Shown here: piece after piece, positions 40,264-49,478 of the stretch
Layout of the letters: every line of letters starts with the position of its first letter
Numbering within the stretch: position 1 is the first letter of the stretch
Source: a bacterium
GTDB lineage: Bacteria; Hinthialibacterota; Hinthialibacteria; Hinthialibacterales; Hinthialibacteraceae
Assembly: GCA_963663405.2 (NCBI GenBank)
Contig: CAXXSM010000022.1
Span: 1-64,000, forward strand
Reading direction: 5' to 3'
DNA length: 64,000 bases
The notes under the pieces: generated by a model
Database searches by the model: none
Told to the model about the DNA's origin: nothing
Seen by the model: only the letters and a program-made list of their open reading frames with translations
Program-made: the position numbers and the translations under genes

Positions 40264-42174
40264 ATGAGTAAACGAATTAGTGTTTTTTATACGGTCACAG
40301 TTCTAAGTCTCTTTCTCTCAGGCGCCGCGGTTTTATTGATCTCGGCGCAGGATATGGAAACAGTATCCATTGGCTCAACGGTTCCCGATATTGAGGCCTA
40401 TAGTATTGAAGGGCTTCCGGTCTCTTTCCACCCACCGGAGGGAAAGATTCTTCTCGTTCAATTTATGAAATCAAGCGATGAACAGGCGGATGAATGCATC
40501 CGGGACCTAATCGTCCTTTATGGGCGTTTCCGGGAAAGTGGTTTGCTTTTATTGTGCGTGTTTATGGATACGGATGAAGACCAGGTAGTCCGTTTTTCAA
40601 CCCGATGGCAAGTCCCCTGGCCGCAGGTGTTGGACTCAGATGTGGATGAAGAGAGACCATCACAAGTTTTTGGTGTCAAAGAATTCCCTGCCAATTTCCT
40701 GCTTGATTCCACTGGAAAGATTCTTGCGTTGAATTTGACTGGTGAGAGCGCCCATAATGCGATCGCCGAACAACTGAATGTTTCCCTCGACTCTCTGCCG
40801 GTTCCTGAAGCGCCTTCCCCCATTTCCGAAGGAGGGCCGGGAAGCCGGAATGTGGTTATGACAACAGCTCCATCCGTTCCAAGCGTTCCAAAAGTGAATC
40901 TGCTGGGCACAAAAAAGGAGCGTGAAGAAGCGGAAGCCTGCAAAGAAAACCTCCGGAAAATCAGCCTTGCGATTACGGCCTACAAACAAGATCACAACGG
41001 GGAGCCGCCAAACTGGCTGCATGAACTGTTTCCTCAATACCTTCAGGATGAAAACGTTCTCTTATGTCCAAGCGATCCCACGCATGAAACCCGCTTTGCG
41101 TATTTGATCGATAAAAAAATGAAGTGCGGCTATTTATACGAATTCGCACCCGCCCCCAATTCGACGGGATGGAATAATCAGCCCTGGCGGGATTGGAAGA
41201 AATCTCAACTCCATGAGTATGGTGACAAAACGCCACTCGTCGGCTGTTATCATCATTCCCGCAAATTGAATCTATCGTATGGCGGAGAGATCTATTTCAG
41301 TTCCGAGGTCTGGGAAAATGATTTTCCACAGGGTAGCACAATCAATGATCCCGACGCAAAAACCCGGAAGAAACTGATGGACATCGCAGTTGCGCTGGAT
41401 CGATATAAAAAAGAGAAGAAAACCGTTCCCGATGAGCTGAAGGACCTTTATCCAAAATACATCCGAAACGAGACTTTTTACCTCTGCCCGGCCACTAATG
41501 AGTCCTTCTCCTATCAATTTTCGAAACAATCAGGATTGCGGGATTGGAAAAAAGAACAGTTGAAGATCTACGGCGGTTACGTGCCTATCGTCCGCGCGCG
41601 CGGAGCGCTTAAAAACGGGAACGTCATTAACTTGGCGTATAATGGGGAGATCTACGAAAGCCCCAGTGTCTGGGAGACTTTATTCATTCGTGACAGCGCC
41701 GCGATACCAAAAACGACGGCGGCTGATCGAAAAACCACTTCTACACGATCCACACGAACCATGGAAATTGCCCGCACGGAAGCGGAAATGCGCATATTAT
41801 CAAACGCGCTGGAATGTTTCTTCATCGATAACAATACATACCCATTTCCACTGGAAGGGCAAACGATCGATAAGGCCGGTATAAAAATCGGTTCCGGTTC
41901 GAGAGCGAGATATCTTCGCTTAACCACACCCGTCGCTTACATCTCAACAATACCCAAAGATCCATTCTCGAAAGAGTCCAACGCCTACCGCTATCACAGC
42001 GATGGGAAGAATTATTACATCCTGGCCTCTGACGGCCCGGACCGGAAAATCGATTTCGATCTGAAGAAATTTGATCTCAGCAAAGGATCAAAAAACGACG
42101 ATCTCACACCCTTTACCTATCATCCCTCGAATGGATTGACCAGCCAGGGGGATCTTTTCCGGGTTGGACCGTGA
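40264..42174 (+). CDS. Redoxin-like/pseudopilin-like multidomain protein (paralog 2)
   Basis: Colinear and highly similar to 37972-39849; ends TGA TAG. Confidence 0.7.
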   Translation: MSKRISVFYTVTVLSLFLSGAAVLLISAQDMETVSIGSTVPDIEAYSIEGLPVSFHPPEGKILLVQFMKSSDEQADECIRDLIVLYGRFRESGLLLLCVFMDTDEDQVVRFSTRWQVPWPQVLDSDVDEERPSQVFGVKEFPANFLLDSTGKILALNLTGESAHNAIAEQLNVSLDSLPVPEAPSPISEGGPGSRNVVMTTAPSVPSVPKVNLLGTKKEREEAEACKENLRKISLAITAYKQDHNGEPPNWLHELFPQYLQDENVLLCPSDPTHETRFAYLIDKKMKCGYLYEFAPAPNSTGWNNQPWRDWKKSQLHEYGDKTPLVGCYHHSRKLNLSYGGEIYFSSEVWENDFPQGSTINDPDAKTRKKLMDIAVALDRYKKEKKTVPDELKDLYPKYIRNETFYLCPATNESFSYQFSKQSGLRDWKKEQLKIYGGYVPIVRARGALKNGNVINLAYNGEIYESPSVWETLFIRDSAAIPKTTAADRKTTSTRSTRTMEIARTEAEMRILSNALECFFIDNNTYPFPLEGQTIDKAGIKIGSGSRARYLRLTTPVAYISTIPKDPFSKESNAYRYHSDGKNYYILASDGPDRKIDFDLKKFDLSKGSKNDDLTPFTYHPSNGLTSQGDLFRVGP

Positions 42175-42229
42175 TAGAATGCGCTGTCAAGAACAATCAC
42201 ATCACAACGAGAGATGAGGTTTTCCAAAC

Positions 42230-44278
42230 GTGGTTTCTTACAGAACACTATTCATCCGGACGGCGGTCCTTCTTTTCCTAACCAATGGATTTTTTAGTTC
42301 AATGGAACTCTTTGGACAGGAAGGAAATTTGAAGGTGGGGGATATTTTCCCCGAATTTGATGTCGAGAGCATCGAAGGGCTTCCTATTTCCTTCCGTCCG
42401 CCGGATGGAAGTCTGTTACTGGTTATCATCTGGGATACCAATTCTCCACGGGCTGAAGACGCGGCCCGCGATACAATTGTTCTCTATAAACGGTTTCACG
42501 ATTCGGGATTCGATGTTGTTGGCATCTGTACCAATCTATCGGAAGGAGGTGTGGAGGAATTCTCCACACTCTGGACAATTCCCTGGCCCCAGGCGATGAA
42601 CGAGGATATCGAAGGGGCGGATACAACCGAACAACTCGGTATCCTCGAACTGCCCATCACGTATCTGCTCGATTCAGACGGGCGGATCCTCGCGATCTCA
42701 CCAAAGGGTGACCGGGCGCATGCGGCCATCGCCGGTTATCTTGGAGTATCACTCGACGATCTCCCCAAACCTGCGATGCCCGCAAAACGGACCAAACCAT
42801 CATTTGAACCGAGTGGAATGACACAAACACCTAGAGAAGGCGCGTATTCACTCTTGGGATCATTGGAAGAGCGTGAACGGGTAGAACCATGCCGGAGCAA
42901 TCTACGGCAAATTGGAATCGCGCTGACGAGTTATCAACTCGATCATGAAGGGGAATGGCCTAACTGGCTGTCGGACCTGTATCCAAAGTATCTGCAGGAT
43001 GAATCAATTCTGCTCTGCCCCAATCATCCCTCCGCCACTGTGTATCGGGGATTGATCGATCCCAAAATGAAATGCAGTTATGTCTACGAATTCGCGCCGA
43101 TTGAGTGGGATGGCGCCATTTACCGGGATATCCAAAAAGCGAAATTGGAAATCTATGGGGATAAAGTTCCCGTCGTGCGGTGCCTCAAATGCCTTGAAGA
43201 CGGGCGCGCGCTCAACTTGAGCTACGGCGGTGAGATCTATTTAAGCGGAGAGATTTGGGAAGACGATATGCCGACGGACAACGACCTCGAAGACGCCGCC
43301 TCCGAGATTCGTCAGCAGTTTCGCCAAATCGCCGCCGTCATCCATCGCTACAAGAAAGAACACGGGAAAATCCCGGATGAACTGGACACGCTTCATCCCG
43401 ATTACATCCCGGATGTAAAAACACTATCCAATCCCGTCACGGGTTGGATCTATTCCTATGAATTCAGCCCGAACATCCCCAATCCATATACGGAGGATGG
43501 TGAAACGCTTTTTGATTACCGGACGAAACAGATGGAAGAATTCGGCGGGTATGTGCCCATGATCCGCGCCGCGGGTATCCTCGACAAGCAGAATGTGATC
43601 AATCTGTCGTATCATGGAGAAGTCTGGCAAAGCACGATGAATTGGGAAGGAGATCTTCATTCCAGCACGGGACCAATGGTCTGGCTGCCAGGTGATCCAC
43701 CGGGAAAACAGATCGATCCCGATCATCAACTGGAAAACTGGCGCGGGAATGTGGCCAGAGGAACCATAACGATTCAAAAAGATGAGCAGATCCGCTCAAT
43801 CTGCGGCTCGTGGCAGATGGATAAGGAGATGATCCAGCAAACGGATATTCACGCCAAACCTGCGGCCTTGATCTTTGAACCGGTTATCGAAAAAGGAGAA
43901 ATCCGGCTTCGCGCCCGTGTAATGGATGGAAAGAACGGATTCCGGATTGTGTTTGGATACAAACCGACAGAAGAACACTACGCCTGGACCATCGGCGGAC
44001 AAGAGAACAAAGTCAACACATTGGATAAACGCTCTACCCTGCGGGAGATCAAATTTTACAATGTTCTGAATGATCCGGAGCCCTACAACGTCCAACAGAA
44101 AATTTGGTATACAATCCGTTTGCTAGTCGATGCGGATAAGCGCACAGTGGTAGGTTATCTGAACGGAGAGAAACGATTGTCTATTACACTGGAGGAAGAA
44201 ACGTTGAAAGGCCGGTTCGGCCTGACGGTCAATGAAACTATCGCCGAATTCGACCAGATTTCCATAACCGGAAAATAA
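42230..44278 (+). CDS. Redoxin-like/pseudopilin-like protein with a different C-terminal beta-sandwich (DUF1080-like) domain (paralog 3)
   Basis: Shares SIEGLPISFRPP, PITYLLDSDGRI, CRSNLRQIGIAL..Y..DH, LNLSYGGEIY; GTG start. Confidence 0.62.
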   Translation: MVSYRTLFIRTAVLLFLTNGFFSSMELFGQEGNLKVGDIFPEFDVESIEGLPISFRPPDGSLLLVIIWDTNSPRAEDAARDTIVLYKRFHDSGFDVVGICTNLSEGGVEEFSTLWTIPWPQAMNEDIEGADTTEQLGILELPITYLLDSDGRILAISPKGDRAHAAIAGYLGVSLDDLPKPAMPAKRTKPSFEPSGMTQTPREGAYSLLGSLEERERVEPCRSNLRQIGIALTSYQLDHEGEWPNWLSDLYPKYLQDESILLCPNHPSATVYRGLIDPKMKCSYVYEFAPIEWDGAIYRDIQKAKLEIYGDKVPVVRCLKCLEDGRALNLSYGGEIYLSGEIWEDDMPTDNDLEDAASEIRQQFRQIAAVIHRYKKEHGKIPDELDTLHPDYIPDVKTLSNPVTGWIYSYEFSPNIPNPYTEDGETLFDYRTKQMEEFGGYVPMIRAAGILDKQNVINLSYHGEVWQSTMNWEGDLHSSTGPMVWLPGDPPGKQIDPDHQLENWRGNVARGTITIQKDEQIRSICGSWQMDKEMIQQTDIHAKPAALIFEPVIEKGEIRLRARVMDGKNGFRIVFGYKPTEEHYAWTIGGQENKVNTLDKRSTLREIKFYNVLNDPEPYNVQQKIWYTIRLLVDADKRTVVGYLNGEKRLSITLEEETLKGRFGLTVNETIAEFDQISITGK

Positions 44279-44422
44279 CCGAATTTGTTAGACAAGGAAC
44301 ATAAAAACTGTTATAGACGACGAATAATGGCGCAGATTAAAAAGGAGTGTATAATAGGCTGGAGAAAAGATCGATTCTATCCTATTTACACCGTTAATAT
44401 TTTCGAAAGGAGGACAAAGCCT

Positions 44423-45949
44423 ATGAAGTGTGCCAAGTCTTCCCTCCTGGGATTGGTTTTCATCGCCGCCTCCGCGTTTCTCTTCGCGGATACCGCCTCC
44501 GCGGTTTCCTGCAAACTGGAGTTGAAACGGCTTGAAGATAAATCTTCAATGGTACGGAGCGCGCAGGATGAGGACTATATCCTGCGGAGGGTAAGCAGAC
44601 AGTACTTTTCATGGCGTCCGGACCGGGATACCATTCCCGAATTTACAAACGCTGTGAAAAAAGAACCGCCGAAGTATGAGTATGAAAATCCTTACAAAGG
44701 CGTGATGACGTTGGGTTCCGATAAATACTTATTTGTATTGGATTCGAGCGATATCAACACGAAAGGATTTCATAAACTCTACTTCGACCGCAATCTCAAC
44801 GGCGATTTGACGGATGATTCCGTCATTGAAGCCATGGCGCTGCCAACCGGCGTTAACTTCGGCCCCGGCTCGATGCGCCGGGAATTTCCCCGGCAGGACC
44901 TGATGGTGAACGTGGATGGCAAGAAGCATGATTATTCGGTCTTTTTCGAAGCCTATTCCGACACACGGGATGGAGGAAATCTTCGGTACGCCTACACGCA
45001 AGCCGGCGCCGGCGCCTATCGCAAGGGAGAAGTGGAATTGGAGGGCAAAACGCATTCCATTTTCCTGCTCGATTTCAACAGCAACGGCCGTTTTGACGAT
45101 GTGACGACTGTAAACGAAAATGTCCAATACAGCAATGGCCGGATTTATCCTTCGCAGGGCGACCGGATCTTGCTTGATTTTAGCGCGCAGAACACCGATC
45201 CCTCGTATTACAATCTGACGGGCCGTAAAGACCGTGTGCCTGTCGCCAAACTGGTTTTCGTGAATGGGAAGTATTACGAGATGACGGTCTCTCCCTCCGG
45301 AGATTCCATCGAACTCACCCCATCCACAACGCCAACCGGTTCGATTGAGAACTCGAACGATGTGTTTGACGTCGCCCTTTACAACAAAGAGGGCGTGCTC
45401 AAACTGAACGGCAAGAAAGGCGACAAAATTTCTGTGCCGGAAGGTGAATGGAAGCTGCTCGAATATACGATCGATCTAACCGACTCCTCCAACACATCTG
45501 GACGGCAAGGCTGGACTTTGATCGCCGCTTCCGGAACGAAGAATTGCCCAACCGTGAAAGTAGAGAAAGGGAAAACCGTTGAATTTCCCTTCGGCAGCCC
45601 CTTCAAACCTCTCGTTCAGACGCAGCCCATGGGCCGCTCGAACGGTCAGGTGGAACAAGTGCGGCTGAGTCTGGAATTTACAGACTGTTCCGGCGCGATC
45701 TGCACGAATCTCTACGTCAACGGAAACCGCCCTCCCGATCCCACCTTCGCGATCGCCACACCCAGCAATGAAATCGTGGAGCGCGGCAAGTTTGAATATG
45801 GCTGAGGCTTTACCTGTTCGTACACATGGCGTGTACCTTCTAAACTGCAAGATGAATACCGCGTCCATGTCCGCATGAATGCAGGACCTTTCAAAGTCGA
45901 TAAAAAAGCATACAGCGTGATCAAATCATCAACACTGAAAGGATTGTAA
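44423..45949 (+). CDS. Putative secreted selenoprotein, paralog 1 (508 aa; Sec461 at TGA 45803-45805; FEYG-U-GFTC)
   Basis: AGGAGG RBS, signal peptide; the frame continues past TGA as GFTCSYTWRVPSKLQDEYRVHVRMNAGPFKVDKKAYSVIKSSTLKGL-TAA; SECIS-like hairpin; lies between selD and selB. Confidence 0.88.
45820..45836 (+). promoter_or_regulatory. Putative bacterial SECIS hairpin (paralog 1)
   Basis: GTACAC-ATGGC-GTGTAC starting after a 14-nt spacer from the UGA. Confidence 0.8.
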
Positions 45950-45992
45950 GCGCCTCTTTCAGCAGGACTTACCTATGCGCGGAATAATCATA

Positions 45993-46021
45993 ACGGGGCG
46001 GGACTTGAAATCCCGCCCCGT
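45993..46021 (+). terminator. Terminator-like hairpin
   Basis: ACGGGGCGGGA/TCCCGCCCCGT stem 44 nt after the read-through stop; weak T tail. Confidence 0.65.
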
Positions 46022-46120
46022 GTTCTCTCACAGGTGAGGAAATATGGTATTAGGGAAAGACGAAATACCAACCGAATCCAAATCGAAAAGTCAATTCGAT
46101 AGAAAGGACGGTTAGAGATT

Positions 46121-47650
46121 ATGAACTCCTGCAAGCGTTCCCTCTTTGGATTCGTTCTCATCCTTGGCGCCCTGTTTCTCATCCTTGATCCCGCACACGG
46201 TGCGACCTTCAAACTGGAGTTGAAACGGTTTGAAGATAAATCTTCACTCATACTAAGTAATGAAGAGGAAAGAATTCTTCAAAAAGTAAAAACCCAGTAT
46301 TTACCGTGGGATCAAGAGCGTTCTATGACACCGGCTTTCATAAAAGCCGTAAAAAAAGAACCCACTGTATATGAATCGAATACACTGTACAGAGGTGTGA
46401 TCCAATTCGGATCGGATCAATATGGTTTTGTATTGGATTCAAGCAATATCAAAAGGGAAGGTTTCAACAAACTCTATTTCGACCGCAATCTCAATGGCGA
46501 TTTGACGGACGATCCCATTATCGAAGCCAAGGCTTTGCCAAAAGGCGTACATTTTGGTTCTGGTATAATACTGCGGGAATTTCCCCGTCAGGATCTTACG
46601 GTGAACGTAGGAGGGAAATCGTACGATTATTCATTCTTTTTGACTGTATCATCCGATGAACGAGGTCCAATCCGGGGATCGCTGCAACACGCCCGCGCCT
46701 ACATCACCCCCGGCGCCTATCGCATGGGGAAAGTCGTATTGAATGGCAAAACGCATTCCATTTGCCTGCTTGATTTCAACAGCAACGGCCGTTTTGATGA
46801 TGTTACGGTAATACATGATAGAGTCAATAAAAGAACTAGCCGGATTTATTACACGCCTGGGGACCGGCTTCTACTCGATTTCAACCCGAAGAACGCCGAT
46901 CCTTCCTATTACAATCTGACGGGACGCGAAGACCGGGTTCCCGTTGCCAAGTTACTGTTCGTGGACGGGAAATATTATGAGATGACGGTCTCTCCATCGG
47001 GAGATTCTATCGAACTTATCCCCTCCACGGCGCCCACCGGTTTTATTCAGAACTCAAACGAAGTGTATGACGCCGCTCTCTACGGCGATCAGGGGATTCT
47101 CAAATTGACAGGGAAAAAAGGCGATCGAATTCCCATCCCGGCAGGAGAATGGAAACTATTGGAATATACGATTGATCTGACCGATCCAGAGAAAAGATTC
47201 CGGATCCCACACGCTTTGACGCTGATCTCCGCTGCAGGGACAAAGAACTGTCCATCGGTAAAAGTAGAGAAAGGTAAAACCGTCGAATTCCCATTTGGCG
47301 GCCCCTATAAACCTCTCGTCCAGGTGAGTTCTGTCGGTTTTGGAACAGCCATCCCCCAAGCGCGGTTGAGTCTGGCATTCACGGACTGCGCCGGCGCGAT
47401 TTGTACGAATCTATATGTAAAAGGAAACCGGCCGCCCAATCCATCGTTTACAATCGCTACGCCTAGCAATGAAATCGTGGAGCGCGGCAAGTTTGAATAT
47501 GGCTGAGGCTTCACCTGCGCGTACATATGGAATGTACCATTAAAACTTCATGATGAATACCACTTCCATGTCCAAATGAAAGCGGGACCATTTGAAGTCG
47601 ATAAAAATTCATACAGCGTGATTAAATCCTCAATGCTGAAAAGGAAGTAG
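46121..47650 (+). CDS. Putative secreted selenoprotein, paralog 2 (509 aa; Sec462 at TGA 47504-47506)
   Basis: Continues as GFTCAYIWNVPLKLHDEYHFHVQMKAGPFEVDKNSYSVIKSSMLKRK-TAG. Confidence 0.86.
47521..47537 (+). promoter_or_regulatory. Putative bacterial SECIS hairpin (paralog 2, compensatory U-A pair)
   Basis: GTACAT-ATGGA-ATGTAC at the same spacing. Confidence 0.8.
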
Positions 47651-47817
47651 GTTTCTATTTCATGAAGAGGAAACAATGCAAGTATTACTCAAATGGGACT
47701 CAATTTTAATTCCCATTACATCTCCACCCTCAGGCAGGAGAGTATATAATAGGAAAGGTCATACAACCAGCCGTTCCTATCGAAACATCAATCCAATCGA
47801 AAGGATGGTAAAAATTC

Positions 47818-49347
47818 ATGAAGTTCGGCAAACGAATCTTTTTAGGATTCTTTCTCCTTCTCGTCGCTGCGTTTCTCTTCACGGATACTGCGAACGCAGT
47901 GACCTGTAAATTGGAATTGAAACGGTTTGAAGACAAATCATCAATGTATGAGACCGCTGGAGATGAAGAACCAATCCTGCGGAGAGTGAGAGGGCAGTAC
48001 CTGCGATGGCGGCGAGATCAGGCCACGACGGCGGATTTCGTCGAAGCCGTTAAAAAAGAACCGAAGTATGAGTCAGATATCCTGTACCGGGGTGTGATTA
48101 CCTTAGGTTCGGATCAATACGGTTTCGCGTTAGATTCAAGCGATATCATAAAAAATGGATTTCACAAATTCTATTTCGACCGCAATCAAAATGGTGATCT
48201 GACAGACGACGCCGTCATCGAAGCCATGCCATTGCCAAAAGGCGTCAACTTCGGTCCCGGCTTTATGCAACGCGAATTCCCCCGGCAGGACATGACAGTT
48301 AACACCGATGGCAAGAAGTATGATTATTCATTCTTCTTACTTGTGTATTCCGACACGCAGGGACAATCCGATGGATCACTGCGATACGCCTCCGCGCAGC
48401 TCAGCACAGGCGTGTATCGAAAAGGGGAAGTGGAACTCGACGGCCAACAACATACCATTCACTTGCTCGATTTCAATTGCAACGGCCGTTTCGATGATTC
48501 AACCACAATACGCGACGATATCCGGAACGATAATGGACGGATCTATCAAACACACGGCGATCGAATCATGCTTGATTTCAATGTTGAAAACGCCGATCCC
48601 GCGTATTACAATCTGACGGGACGGAAAGACCGTCTCCCCGTTGAAAAACTGTTATTCGTCAATGGGAAATATTATGATCTGACGGTTTCTCCATCGGGCG
48701 AATCTCTTGAATTCACTCCATCCAAGGCGCCACTCGGTTCGATTCAAAACAAGAACGAAGTGTTTGAATTCGCCCTCTACAACGATCAGAGTGTGCTCAA
48801 ACTGTCTGGCAAGAAAGACGATCCAATTCCCATCCCAGAAGGGGAATGGAAACTGCTTGAATACACAATCAATCTCACCGATCCAGCAAAAAGTTCCCAG
48901 GGCCGGCGATCGTGGACATTGCTCTCCGCCGCAGGGACCACGAACTGCAAACCGGTGAAAGTGGAGAAAGGGAAAACAGTTGAATTCCCCTTTGGCGGTC
49001 CCTACAAACCTCTAGTGCGGGTAAATCCGATGGGTTCAAACAACCAAGTGGATCAAGCGCGAGTAAGTCTAGAATTTATTGACAATGTAAGCGCGATCTG
49101 CACCAATCTCTACGTCAACGGAGACCGGCCGCCTGATCCAACTTTCGTCATCGCCACGCCCAATAATGAAATCGTGGAGCGCGGCAAGTTTGAATATGGC
49201 TGAGGCTTTACCTGTTCGTACACATGGCGTGTACCGACAAAACTTGAAGATGAATACCGTGTTCACGTTCGCATGAAAGCAGGGCCTTTTGAAGTTGATA
49301 AAAAAGCCTATAGCGTTATCAAACCTTCGATGCTTAAATTCAACTAA
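47818..49347 (+). CDS. Putative secreted selenoprotein, paralog 3 (509 aa; Sec462 at TGA 49201-49203)
   Basis: Continues as GFTCSYTWRVPTKLEDEYRVHVRMKAGPFEVDKKAYSVIKPSMLKFN-TAA. Confidence 0.88.
49218..49234 (+). promoter_or_regulatory. Putative bacterial SECIS hairpin (paralog 3)
   Basis: GTACAC-ATGGC-GTGTAC, extendable by TGTT/GACA below a C-C mismatch. Confidence 0.8.
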
Positions 49348-49385
49348 GTTCTTATTTCATAAGGACCAAGCTATACGCGTGTAAC

Positions 49386-49422
49386 AAAACGGGGCGGGAT
49401 TGAAAATCCCACCCCGTTTTTT
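49386..49422 (+). terminator. Rho-independent terminator
   Basis: AAAACGGGGCGGGATT-GAA-AATCCCACCCCGTTTTTT; homologous to 45993-46021. Confidence 0.8.
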
Positions 49423-49478
49423 AATCCGAATGAAAAACCGGCGAATAGAATCCTTCCCACAGGAGAATTCTCAAAACG

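Noticed and set aside
42172-42177. TGA at the end of redoxin-like paralog 2 as Sec
   Set aside because: Immediately followed by TAG, and paralog 1 has TAA at the same position.
44423-49347. Genome-wide UGA reassignment (Trp/Gly) or pseudogenisation as the explanation for the in-frame UGAs
   Set aside because: Other genes end normally at TGA and Trp uses TGG; the same UGA in three diverged paralogs with conserved downstream coding argues against nonsense decay.
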